Source: Actinomycetota bacterium
Lineage (GTDB): Bacteria; Actinomycetota; Acidimicrobiia; Acidimicrobiales; Aldehydirespiratoraceae
Reading direction: 5' to 3'
NCBI GenBank assembly: GCA_039193795.1
Contig: JBCCWI010000009.1
Span: 1,462-65,461, forward strand
DNA: 64,000 nucleotides
Positions 34,884-44,409 of the stretch are shown piece after piece. Positions within the stretch are counted from its first letter, which is position 1. Each line of letters begins with the position of its first letter. The translations under genes and the position numbers were made by a program. The notes beneath the pieces are model-generated. The model was not told where the DNA came from. It did no database searches and saw only the letters and a list, made by a program, of their open reading frames with translations.

Positions 34884-35714
34884 GTGAGCGAGTGGTCGCG
34901 GGTCCGCTACGACACGCCGGCCGACGGCGTGGCCCGCATCACCCTGGCCCGGGCCGACGTGGCCAACGCGCAGGACTACCGGATGCTCTCCGAGCTCAAC
35001 GAGGCGTTCGATCAGGCGGCCCGCGACGATGCGATCCGCGTGATCGTGCTGGCTGCCGACGGCAGGCACTTCTCGTCGGGGCACGATCTGCGCGACGACC
35101 CCGACATGGCCGAGTTCGACCCGGTCGGTACCCAGTGTCACTTCGACGCGGACGGGGCCGAGGGCTACATGGCCCGCGAAGCCGAGATGTACGTCGGTCT
35201 GTGCTGGCGGTGGCGCAACCTGCCGAAACCCACGATCGCCTCGGTGCAGGGCAAGGTCATCGCGGGCGGGCTCATGCTCGTGTGGCCGATGGACCTCATC
35301 GTGTGCAGCGACGACGCCACCTTCTCCGACCCGGTCGTCGCCTTCGGCGTGAACGGTCACGAGTACTTCGTGCATCCCTACGAGGCGGGGCAGCGGCTGG
35401 CGAAGGACATGCTCTTCACCGGCCGAGCGATCACCGCCGACGAAGCGCTCCAGCACGGCATGGTCAACCGGGTCGTCCCGCGGGCGGACCTCGAGTCCGA
35501 AACCCTCGCCCTCGCGTCGCACATCGCCAAACGGCCGATGTTCGGCCTGACCCTCGCCAAGCAGTCGGTCAACAACTCGATGGACGCCATGGGCATGTAC
35601 ACCTCGATCCAGTCGGCGTTCGGGTTGCACCATGTCGCCCACAACCACAACCGGCTCGTCCACGGATCGCTCGTCGATCCCACCGGGCTGCAGGTCGTCC
35701 GCGACGAGGCGTAG
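34884..35714 (+). CDS. Enoyl-CoA hydratase/isomerase (crotonase) family protein
   Basis: GTG at 34884. ARITLARADVANAQD...VIVLAADGRHFSSGHDL matches the crotonase fold. Confidence 0.85.
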   Translation: MSEWSRVRYDTPADGVARITLARADVANAQDYRMLSELNEAFDQAARDDAIRVIVLAADGRHFSSGHDLRDDPDMAEFDPVGTQCHFDADGAEGYMAREAEMYVGLCWRWRNLPKPTIASVQGKVIAGGLMLVWPMDLIVCSDDATFSDPVVAFGVNGHEYFVHPYEAGQRLAKDMLFTGRAITADEALQHGMVNRVVPRADLESETLALASHIAKRPMFGLTLAKQSVNNSMDAMGMYTSIQSAFGLHHVAHNHNRLVHGSLVDPTGLQVVRDEA

Positions 35715-35716
35715 TC

Positions 35717-35732
35717 GCCCACCGGTGTGGGC
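35717..35732 (+). terminator. Short GC hairpin after the crotonase stop (weak terminator or processing candidate)
   Basis: GCCCAC-cggt-GTGGGC begins 3 nt after the TAG. No U-tract follows. Confidence 0.25.
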
Positions 35733-35778
35733 CGATCGCCCCATCGAGGTCCCGCCCCGCCCGACGTAGCATTGGACG

Positions 35779-36918
35779 ATGGCCGAACTGATGGATCGCT
35801 TCCCGGCGATCGCCGACCTCGAGAAGCGGGCGAGCCGACGGATCCCGCACTTCGGGTGGGAGTACCTCGCGAGTGGCACCGGCGACGAGTCGGCGATGCA
35901 TCGCAACCGCACCGCGATGCTCGAGGTCGAGCTGCTCCCCCAGCTGATGAAGGGGGTGCTCGACCCGATCACCACCACCGAGCTGTTCGGCACCGAGTAC
36001 GTCGCGCCGATCGGCGTCGCGCCGGTCGGCATGACCGGGCTGATCTGGCCCGGCTCGGATCTCGCCTTGGCTCGCGCCGCGCAGGCGGGCCGGTTTCCGC
36101 ACGTGCTCAGCACGGTCGCGACCACGACCCCCGAAGACGTCGGCCCGGTCGCCGGCGACATGGGGTGGTTCCAGTTGTACCCGCCGCGCGAGGCCGAGTT
36201 GCGCGACGCCCTGCTCGACCGGGTCGCCGGGGCCGGCTATCGCACCCTCGTGGTCACCGCCGACGTGCCCGCCGGCAGTCGCCGTGAGCGCCAGCGCAAG
36301 GCCCACATCCGGGTACCGCCGAAGATCACGCCCCGGCTGCTCGTGCAGTCGGCGCTCCACCCGGCCTGGTCGATCGCCGTACTCCGACACGGGATCCCCC
36401 GGTTCCGCACGATCGAGGAGTACATCCCCGGCGGATCCCTCGCCGCCGTCGCCGGCTTCGTCGGCGCCAGCCTCGGCGGGTCGCTCAGCTTCGACTACCT
36501 CCGCGAGGTCCGTGAGCGCTGGGACGGCACGATCGTCGTCAAGGGCATCCTCGATCCCGGCGACGCCCGCCGATCGATCGACCACGGCGCCGACGCGGTG
36601 TGGGTGTCGAACCATGGTGGGCGACAGCTCGAGGCGTCGCCGGCGGCGATCAGCTGCCTTCGGCCCGTGGTCGAGGAGGTCGGCGACGCCGTCCCCGTGC
36701 TGTTCGACTCCGGCGTGCGCTCGGGAGCCGACGTGGCGAGAGCGATCAGTCTGGGCGCCGACTTCGTGTTCGCCGGCCGGCCCTTCTACTTCGGCATGGG
36801 AGCGCTCGGCGACCGCGGCGCCGCCCACGCCTATGAGATCCTGCGCGACGGGCTCGTGAACGTCATGCACCAGACCGGTTGTGAGACGATCGCCGAGCTT
36901 CGAGATCGGGCCGCGTGA
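35779..36918 (+). CDS. FMN-dependent alpha-hydroxy-acid dehydrogenase/oxidase (LldD/glycolate oxidase family)
   Basis: 379 aa with the family pattern (VSNHGGRQLE, DSGVRSGADV). Confidence 0.85.
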   Translation: MAELMDRFPAIADLEKRASRRIPHFGWEYLASGTGDESAMHRNRTAMLEVELLPQLMKGVLDPITTTELFGTEYVAPIGVAPVGMTGLIWPGSDLALARAAQAGRFPHVLSTVATTTPEDVGPVAGDMGWFQLYPPREAELRDALLDRVAGAGYRTLVVTADVPAGSRRERQRKAHIRVPPKITPRLLVQSALHPAWSIAVLRHGIPRFRTIEEYIPGGSLAAVAGFVGASLGGSLSFDYLREVRERWDGTIVVKGILDPGDARRSIDHGADAVWVSNHGGRQLEASPAAISCLRPVVEEVGDAVPVLFDSGVRSGADVARAISLGADFVFAGRPFYFGMGALGDRGAAHAYEILRDGLVNVMHQTGCETIAELRDRAA

Positions 36919-37883
36919 ACCCGATCGCCCCCCGCCAAACCGGGCCCCACGTCTGGCGCGGGAGGGAGCTGTCCGACACGGACTGGACGTGGCGCCTCGA
37001 GCCGCACGAGATCGCCGAACTCGTCGCAGCCGCGGACCGAGGAACGCGGGACCTGCCGGTCGTCGGGCCTCGGCTCGACGCACTCCGGCAGCGCCTGATC
37101 CGTGGCCGCGGCTTCGAGCTGCTGCGCGGTCTCCCGCTCGACGAGATCGGCCATGACCGGGCCGCCGAGATCCTGCTGTTGATCGGCCGACACCTCGGTT
37201 CGCTGCGGTCACAGAACGCCGCTGGCGACCTGCTCGGCCACGTCCGCAACGTCGGACTCGACGCATCGAATCCCGACGTGCGGATCTATCAGACCGATCA
37301 GCGCCAGACGTTCCACACCGACTCGTCCGACGTCGTCGGGTTGCTGTGCCTGAACGAGGCGGCCGAGGGAGGCGACTCGATGCTGGTGAGCGCCGCGGCG
37401 ATCTACAACGAGATGTTGGACCGCGACCCGTCTCTCGCCCACGCCCTGTTCGCCCCCGTCGCGACCGACCGCCGAGGCGAGGTTCCACCGGGGCAGGATC
37501 CGTTCTTCCTGATCCCGGTGCTCAACTGGTACGACGGCGCACTCACCGTGATCTACCAACGGCAATACATCGAGTCGGCATCGCGCTTCGACGACGCCCC
37601 ACCGCTCTCGGCGACCCAGCGGAGAGCACTCGACCTCTTCGACGAGATCGCCGACGACCCGACGATGCACCTGTCGATGCGACTGCAACCCGGCGACATC
37701 CAGTTCGTGCACAACCACTCGCTGCTGCACGACCGCACCGGGTTCGTCGACGATCCGGCCGCACCCCGCCACCTCCTGCGGCTGTGGTTGTCGATCCCCG
37801 GCGATCGGGAACTGCCGCCGATCTTCGCCAGCCGCTACGGCTCGATCACCGTCGGCGACCGGGGCGGCATCGTCGTCGCGTGA
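36915..37883 (+). CDS. TauD/TfdA family Fe(II)/2-oxoglutarate dioxygenase
   Basis: 322 aa with an FHTDSSD (HxD) motif and a distal His (VHNHSLLHDR). GTGA overlap with the previous gene. Confidence 0.8.
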   Translation: MNPIAPRQTGPHVWRGRELSDTDWTWRLEPHEIAELVAAADRGTRDLPVVGPRLDALRQRLIRGRGFELLRGLPLDEIGHDRAAEILLLIGRHLGSLRSQNAAGDLLGHVRNVGLDASNPDVRIYQTDQRQTFHTDSSDVVGLLCLNEAAEGGDSMLVSAAAIYNEMLDRDPSLAHALFAPVATDRRGEVPPGQDPFFLIPVLNWYDGALTVIYQRQYIESASRFDDAPPLSATQRRALDLFDEIADDPTMHLSMRLQPGDIQFVHNHSLLHDRTGFVDDPAAPRHLLRLWLSIPGDRELPPIFASRYGSITVGDRGGIVVA

Positions 37884-37886
37884 CCG

Positions 37887-38768
37887 CTACGGCTTTCGGG
37901 TGGGCGCGTCGACCGGCTGCACGTACTGCCACCCGAACCGGCCCTTGATGCAGAGCATGCCGTGGGTGATCGAGTGGTCGGCCGGCGACGTGACCTTCAC
38001 GATCGTGTCGTCCTGGGTGTGCAGTTCGAGGTTGCACCCGACCCCGCAGTAGGAACACACCGTCCGGGTGACGTCTTGATCCTCGGGACGCCAGTCGTCG
38101 GCCTCGCGCAGGTCGTACTCGGTCTTGAACTGGATCGCGCCGGTGGGGCACACCCCGATGCAGTTGCCGCAGTACACACAGGCCGAATCGGGAAGGGTGA
38201 CGTCGAACTCGGTGGAGATGCGGGCGTCGAACCCGCGGCCGCTCACCGCGATCGCATAGGTGTGCTGGGCGTCGTCGCCACACGCCTCGACGCACTTGTA
38301 ACAGAGCACGCAGCGGTCGTAGTCGCGGATGTAGAGGTTGTCCTGGATCTTGGGCGCCTCGCCCATGCGCAGCGCCGGCAGTTCGTACTGGTCGTAACGC
38401 TCGGGCTCGGAGCCGTAGTGCGCCATCCACTTCTGCAGCTCGGGCGCCTGGTCGAGGTTGACCCCCGAACCGAGGAACTCGAGCACCATCTTGCGGCTGT
38501 GACGGACACGATCGGAGTCGGTCTCGACGACCATGCCCTCCTCGGCGGGGCGAGCACACGACGGAACCAGCGCACGGCTGCCCTCGACCTCGACCACGCA
38601 CACGCGACAGACGTTGACCGGCGTGAGGTTCTCGGCCCAGCACAGGGTCGGCGTGTCGACACCGGCGGACTCGCACGCCTTGTGGATCGAGGTCCCTTCC
38701 GGCACCTCGACGGCCTGGCCGTCGATGGTCAGGCTGACCCTCACTTCGGACTTCGGGGTCTCGATCAT
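37887..38768 (-). CDS. Formate dehydrogenase Fe-S subunit: NuoG-like N-terminal module ending with the FS0 [4Fe-4S] domain normally fused to the catalytic subunit
   Basis: ATG at 38768 (MIETPKSE...). Carries a 2Fe-2S motif (CWAENLTPVNVCRVC), CVLCYKCVEAC, CVYCGNCIGVCP, then CSYCGVGC...LCIKGRFGW and a stop. Confidence 0.85.
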   Translation of the reverse strand: MIETPKSEVRVSLTIDGQAVEVPEGTSIHKACESAGVDTPTLCWAENLTPVNVCRVCVVEVEGSRALVPSCARPAEEGMVVETDSDRVRHSRKMVLEFLGSGVNLDQAPELQKWMAHYGSEPERYDQYELPALRMGEAPKIQDNLYIRDYDRCVLCYKCVEACGDDAQHTYAIAVSGRGFDARISTEFDVTLPDSACVYCGNCIGVCPTGAIQFKTEYDLREADDWRPEDQDVTRTVCSYCGVGCNLELHTQDDTIVKVTSPADHSITHGMLCIKGRFGWQYVQPVDAPTRKP

Positions 38769-38770
38769 CG

Positions 38771-40537
38771 TCACGATGCGACCCCCGGGACGAGACCGAG
38801 CGAGATGGCGGAGTTGATCGCCGAGGCCGCGGTGTGGCCGAGTCCGCAGATCGAGGCGTCGACCATGACCTGGGAGATGTCGTCGACCAACTGGCGACGT
38901 TCGGGCGTGAGCGAGCCCTTCTGCTGGAGCACAACCATCGTCTCGTTCTGGCGGACCGTCCCGACGCGGCACGGCACGCACTGGCCACAGGACTCGTCGC
39001 GGAAGAACTGCGAAATGCGGACGAGCACGTCGACCATGTCGATCTCGTCGGTGAAGACCATCACGACACCCGAGCCGAGCGTGGTGCCGCGCTCGCGAGC
39101 GTCCTCGAGCGTGATCGGCATGTCGAGGTAGGAGGCGTCGACGAAGGACCCGGCGGCACCGCCCATCAGCACGGCGGCGAGTTCACCCGTGACCCCGCCG
39201 GCGAGTTCCAACACCTCGCCGAGGGTCGTGCCGAATTCGACCTCGTACACGCCCGGCCTCGCGACCCGACCGCTGAGGCACAGCAGCTTCGTGCCCGGCG
39301 ACCGTTCGGTTCCCCGCTCGCGGTAGCCGTCGGCACCCACCAGGACCACGTCGAGCGCGTTGAGCAGCGTCTCGGGGTTGTTGATCGCCGTCGGCTCCTG
39401 GAACAGGCCGTGGGTGGTCGGGAACGGCGGCTTGCTGCGGGGTTCGCCGCGGAACCCCTCGAGCGAAGCGAACAGCGCCGTCTCCTCGCCGCAGATGTAC
39501 GCGCCCGCACCGCGGCGGATCTCGATCTCGAATCGATGACCCGAATCCAGGATGTTCTCGCCGAGCAGCCCCGCTTCACGCGCCTGGTCGATCGCGTTCT
39601 GCAACCGCGCGGTGGCGAGCGGATACTCGCCCCGGATGTAGATCCAGCCGTTCTCGGCGCCGCAGGCGAACCCCGAGACGGTGAGCGCCTCGACGACGGC
39701 GAACGGATCGTTCTCCATCACGACCCGGTCCTTGAACGTGCCGGGCTCGGACTCGTCGCAGTTGGCCACGACGTGCTTGGGCCGGCCCTGTTCGGCGGCG
39801 ACCGCACGCCACTTGATGCCGGTCGGGAACGCAGCACCACCGCGACCCGACAGACCCGAGTCGGCGACCGCCGTGCAGACCGCGTCGGCCCCCATCTTGA
39901 CGGCGGCCTGCAGCGCCGCGTAGCCGCCGTGGGCGCGGTAGGAGTCGAGTGAGGTCGGGTCGACGACGCCGACGCGCTTCAAGAGCCGCAACGAGGGATC
40001 ACCCTGCTGGTGGAACAGCTCGTAGGGCTGATCGTCGGCGTGCACCCGGTCGGGCCCACCGACGCCCTGGACGAACTCGGCGACGGCACCCGTGGTGACG
40101 TCGGCCCGTTCACACTGCCCGAGGCACGGCGATTCGTGGACGTTCGCACCCTGGGCCCGGAGCTCGGCGATGCGGTCGGCGGCTCCGGCGATCTGGCACG
40201 CAGCGTCGACGCAGACATGGGTGACGTCGCCCGCCTGCGCGGGCTCCTCGACCCGGAACAGGTCGTAGAAGGTGGCGACGCCATAGGCCTCCGCCGGAGG
40301 CACCTGCAGTGTTTCGCAGACATAGTTGAGCCCGCCCTCGCTGATCCAGCCCTTGGCGTTCTGGAGCGCGTGGAGGGCGGGCAACAGCAGGTGCCGGTGC
40401 CCGTGCCGCTTCGATGTGCCCGCTCGGATCAGTCGTTCGCTTTCGCGAACGACGACGAACCGGCCACCGAGGGCTGCGTCGACAGCGGCGATTTCGACAT
40501 CGTCAGCCGTCTCCTCGGAGATGTACAGGTCAGCCAT
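38771..40537 (-). CDS. Fused NuoE-like/NuoF-like NAD(H)-binding flavoprotein subunit (FdsG-FdsB type)
   Basis: 588 aa. The NuoE-like part has CVDAAC...CLGQC; the NuoF-like part has GRGGAAFPTG, CDESEPGTFKDR and ESCGQCVPCR. Confidence 0.85.
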   Translation of the reverse strand: MADLYISEETADDVEIAAVDAALGGRFVVVRESERLIRAGTSKRHGHRHLLLPALHALQNAKGWISEGGLNYVCETLQVPPAEAYGVATFYDLFRVEEPAQAGDVTHVCVDAACQIAGAADRIAELRAQGANVHESPCLGQCERADVTTGAVAEFVQGVGGPDRVHADDQPYELFHQQGDPSLRLLKRVGVVDPTSLDSYRAHGGYAALQAAVKMGADAVCTAVADSGLSGRGGAAFPTGIKWRAVAAEQGRPKHVVANCDESEPGTFKDRVVMENDPFAVVEALTVSGFACGAENGWIYIRGEYPLATARLQNAIDQAREAGLLGENILDSGHRFEIEIRRGAGAYICGEETALFASLEGFRGEPRSKPPFPTTHGLFQEPTAINNPETLLNALDVVLVGADGYRERGTERSPGTKLLCLSGRVARPGVYEVEFGTTLGEVLELAGGVTGELAAVLMGGAAGSFVDASYLDMPITLEDARERGTTLGSGVVMVFTDEIDMVDVLVRISQFFRDESCGQCVPCRVGTVRQNETMVVLQQKGSLTPERRQLVDDISQVMVDASICGLGHTAASAINSAISLGLVPGVAS

Positions 40538-40576
40538 TCAGCCTCTGCTCGTTGCGCACCCGGAGGGGGGCGAGGT

Positions 40577-42544
40577 CTACGGGTTGGTCGCCACCACCGG
40601 CGATGCGATCTTGTCCACACGGATCGACGCGGCCTTGAACTCCGCGGTGCCGGAGTCGCGATCCCATTCGTCGTTGGTGATCAGGTTGATGTCGACGAGG
40701 TCCGGGAAGTGGAAGGTCGTGAAGGTGAGGCCCTTGGGGATGTCGGGCTGGATGCGGACCCCCATCTCGACGCTGCCGCGGGGCGACGAGACCCGCACGC
40801 GCTCGCCGTCCTCGATGCCGAGGGCGGCGGCGTCGTCGGGGTTCATGTCGAGTTCGTCGCCGTAGCGGATCGGGTTGTCGAAGCCGCCCGACTGCACGCC
40901 GGTGTTGTAGGAGTCGAGCGACCGACCGGTGGTCAGCCGCAGCGGGAAGTCGGCGCTGAGCTGCTCCTTGGGGCCCTCGTGGTGGGTGATCGAGAACGGC
41001 GACGGCTCGCGTCCGCCGAGGCCCTCCTCCCACAACCAGCCGTGGAGGAACGGCGAACCGGGGTGGTCGAGGTCGGGGCACGGCCACTGCAGACCGCCCT
41101 CCTGCTCGAGCCGCTCGTAGCTCATGCCCGCGTGCATGGGCGACAGCGAACGGAGCTCGTCCCAGAGGTTCTCGGGGGTGGGATCGCCCCAGGAGTCGAC
41201 CCCCATCCGCTTGGCGAGATCGCCGATGATCTCGTGGTCGTGGCGGCACATGCCCGGCGGGGTGACGGCGGGGCGCACTCGCTGGACCCGTCGCTCCGAC
41301 GACGTGACGGTGCCGTCGCACTCGGCCCAACCGACCGACGAGGGGAGCACCACGTCGGCGAGTTCGGCGGTGCCGGTCATGAAGATGTCCTGGACGACGA
41401 GGATGTCGAGATCCTGCAGCAGCGCCCGGGTGTGGCCCGACGCGGCCTCGGAGTCGGCCGGGTTCTCGCCGATGCAGTAGGCGCCCTTGATGATGCCCTC
41501 CTCCATGCCTTCGAGCATGAGGGTCAGGTGGCGGCCGTTCTTGGCGGGGAGGTCCATCCCGTAGGTGGCCTCGAACTTCGCGAGGTGTTCGGGGTTGGTG
41601 ATGTCCTGGAAGCCGGGGAGCTTGTTGGGCAGGGCACCCATGTCGCCGCCGCCCTGCACGTTGTTCTGCCCGCGCAGCGGCACCAGCCCCGATCCCCACT
41701 TGCCGATGTGGCCGGTGAGCAGGGCGAGGTTGCACAGCGATTTCACATTGTCGACACCGTTGTGGTGTTCGGTGATGCCGAGGGTCCAGAGGATCTGCGC
41801 GGTCTCGGCGGTTGCGTAGGCGTGGGCGACCTCTTGGATCGCGTGTGCCGGCACACCGGTGATCTGTTCGGCGTACTCGAGCGTGTACGGCTCGACGTGG
41901 GCCTTGTAGTCCTCGAACCCCTGCGACGAGTGGGCGATGAAGGCCGTGTTGTGGAGGTCGGCGGCGATGATCTCGCGGCCGATGGCGTTGGCCATCGCCA
42001 CGTCGGTGCCGACGTTGAGACCGAGCCAGGCGTCGGCGAACTTGGCCGACGACGTGCGACGAGGGTCGACGGAGTACATCTTCGCCCCGTTGTCGAGCCC
42101 CTTCAGGACGTGGTGGAAGTAGATGGGATGCGCCTCACGGGCGTTGGATCCCCACAGGAGGATGACGTCGGTCTCCTCCACCTCCGTGTAGGAGGAGGTG
42201 CCCCCTCCCGCTCCGAACACTGCCGCCAGACCGACGACGCTGGGAGCGTGTCAAGTTCGATTGCACGAATCGATGTTGTTCGTGCCGAGTGCCATGCGGG
42301 CGAACTTCTGCGCCGCGTAGTTCATCTCGTTGGTGGACTTGGAGCAGCTGAAGACGGCGAACCCCTCGGGCCCGTGCTCGTCCTTGATCTTGGCGAAGCC
42401 CTCCGCGGCGCGGGTCAGGGCCTCGTCCCAGGTGGCTTCGCGCAAGACGCCGTCCTCGCGGACCATCGGCGTCGTCAGGCGGGGCAGCGGGTCGCTGAAC
42501 CGCTTGGCTTTGCGCTTCTTGGCAGAACCGTTCGGGTATCCCAC
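40577..42544 (-). CDS. Formate dehydrogenase catalytic Mo/W-bisPGD subunit, selenocysteine-containing (in-frame UGA at 42251..42253), lacking the FS0 domain
   Basis: ORFs 42251..42646 and 40577..42220 are in one frame, joined across a single TGA. The junction reads GTNNIDSCNRT-U-HAPSVVGLAAVFGAGGGT, compared with E. coli FdhF NNVDCCARV-U-HGPSVAGL. The GTG start at 42544 is tentative. Confidence 0.8.
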
Positions 42545-42666
42545 AGTGCGGAACAGTACCGCATCGTGGAACGATTGAGAATGGCGTGACCGGGTTTTTG
42601 GCTGACGGCTAAGGCGGTGGCCGGCCCGATGACGGCCTGATGACACCGGCGCCGGACACTGCGCCC

Positions 42667-44343
42667 ATGCACCACCGTTCGCGCCGCGCGCGCCACGCCC
42701 TGTCGTTCGTCCTCGCCCTCGGTCTCGGGCTGGCGGTCACCACACCGGTCACCGCGCAGGAGGAGGACGAGGAGGACGCCGTCGACCCGGTGCCGCTGGC
42801 CGACGCGCTCGCCGCCATGGACGACGACGCGCTCGTCATCGTCGACGCGCCACCGGAGGGGTTCCCCACCTACCAGTACGGGGACGACCCGTCCTCGACC
42901 GCCCAGCTCACCGCCGACTACGCGACCATCACCGCTGCGAGCGCGGGCCTGTTCCTGTTCGGCGACGAGATCACGCTCTCCTGTGACGACGCCGAGGTCC
43001 TCTGCTCGAGCCCGGAGGACGCGCCGCTCCCCGATCTCTACCTCGGCATGTCGATGAGGTTCGCCGGCGAAATCCCACTCGACGGAGTCCCCGGCCAGAT
43101 CATCAACTACTCGTTCCCCCATTTCGACCCCTCCGCGGAGCCCTTCGAGGCGCTGCCCCAGTTTCCCGGCGACACCTGGCAGGGCATGAACCGGGTCGCG
43201 GTCGCGGAGTCGCGCTCACCGTTCGCGCTGGCGCCGCAGGTCTTCACGCCCACCGGCGGCTGGCAGACCGGAACGCAGCACACGTTCGGGATCGCGGACG
43301 GCCGCGAGGTCTGGGTGTTCGTCCCCTTCGGCGCGTCTCCGGAGGAGGTCAGCGAGATGGAGACCGCGATCATCACCGCGCTCGCCGAGGAACAGCTCCC
43401 CGAGGGTGCATCGCCCGAGACGCTGCCACAGCGGATCGCAGACTGGATCTCCCGGGGAGGATGGTCCGCGGCGGTGCACGTCCATCAAGGCGACTTCGGG
43501 ATCGAACTCCCCAGCACGATCACGGCGGTGCCGCCGACGCCACGCGGTTCCGACCGCCTCCCCATGCCGACCGAGGTGATCCTGATCGGCTCCGATGGCT
43601 TCGGGTTCCCCGACGATGAACCGCTCGTCCCCGGCCCCGGCGACCCCGCGCCCGACGACGAGACCATCACCATCGACCCGATCGACGAGGACGCCGACCC
43701 ACCCCTCATCGACACGTCCGAGGACGCCGAGACCTCCGCCGACGCGACCGACGACGGTGGCGCGGCCGCAGCCGAGGCGCCGTCGACGGCCGACGGGAAC
43801 GACGACGCAGCGGGCGGCGACGGCGGGGCGCCGACCGGGCTGCTGCTCGGCGGGACCGGTGTGGTGATCGTGGCCGGGGTCGCGCTGGCCGTCGGTCGCC
43901 GACGCAGGGGCGAACTGCAGGAGACCCCGATGGTCAAGCACGTGGACGACGGCGGTGCGGCGGCCGCCGAGGCGGGACTCGTCGTCACCGGCGCGGGTGC
44001 CACCGAACCGGACGGCACACCGATCCACGAGGACGTCGAGTTCGACTACGAGCGCGACGACGGCACCCATGTCGAGGGGTTCGGCACCCGCATGATCGGT
44101 GGCCAGACCACCTACGAGTACGCGGACGGCACCGTGCGCCGTGACCAGGAGGGGCCCCGCGCTCGGACCGTCGAGATCGCCCACCCCGACGGGACCCGCG
44201 AGGTGTGGTCGGGGGTCGAATGGTACGACAGCACCGCCGACGAGTCCTGGCAGCAGGATTCGAGCTACACCCGGTACGACGCGGTCGGCGACATCATCGA
44301 GCAGACCGACACCGACACCCACCCGTGGCCCGAGGACCCGTGA
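42667..44343 (+). CDS. Hypothetical type-I membrane protein (signal peptide, acidic ectodomain, TM, cytoplasmic DGT-repeat tail)
   Basis: MHHRSRRARHALSFVLALGLGLAVTTPVTAQEE signal peptide and a TM helix GLLLGGTGVVIVAGVALAVGRRRRG. ATG at 42640 is an alternative start. Confidence 0.55.
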   Translation: MHHRSRRARHALSFVLALGLGLAVTTPVTAQEEDEEDAVDPVPLADALAAMDDDALVIVDAPPEGFPTYQYGDDPSSTAQLTADYATITAASAGLFLFGDEITLSCDDAEVLCSSPEDAPLPDLYLGMSMRFAGEIPLDGVPGQIINYSFPHFDPSAEPFEALPQFPGDTWQGMNRVAVAESRSPFALAPQVFTPTGGWQTGTQHTFGIADGREVWVFVPFGASPEEVSEMETAIITALAEEQLPEGASPETLPQRIADWISRGGWSAAVHVHQGDFGIELPSTITAVPPTPRGSDRLPMPTEVILIGSDGFGFPDDEPLVPGPGDPAPDDETITIDPIDEDADPPLIDTSEDAETSADATDDGGAAAAEAPSTADGNDDAAGGDGGAPTGLLLGGTGVVIVAGVALAVGRRRRGELQETPMVKHVDDGGAAAAEAGLVVTGAGATEPDGTPIHEDVEFDYERDDGTHVEGFGTRMIGGQTTYEYADGTVRRDQEGPRARTVEIAHPDGTREVWSGVEWYDSTADESWQQDSSYTRYDAVGDIIEQTDTDTHPWPEDP

Positions 44344-44409
44344 CCTGAGCGACCGCGCACGGGCCAACTCCCCCCTCGGTTCGCGCCACAAGCGGTACGG
44401 TTGCCTCCC

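Noticed and set aside
40010-42589. 859-aa plus-strand ORF opposite the FDH genes. The same applies to 2117..4609, 27292..29904, 4753..6609, 24253..26187, 22310..23953 and 35569..37488.
   Set aside because: All are antisense to genes with strong family signatures, and their translations are repetitive R/G/D/P/V-rich sequence. These are high-GC artefacts.
42545-42639. Possible Moco riboswitch or other leader RNA upstream of the FDH operon
   Set aside because: The region is only about 95 nt and is shared with a divergent gene. I could not recognise the conserved Moco-riboswitch helices by eye. It needs a covariance-model scan before any claim.
43750-43975. Duplicated DDGGAAAAEA-encoding segment as a repeat element
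   Set aside because: There are only two short, imperfect copies inside one low-complexity coding region. This is most simply explained by compositional bias.
44344-44409. T-box or attenuator leader upstream of proS
   Set aside because: The gap is too short (about 66 nt) and has no specifier or T-box-like sequence.
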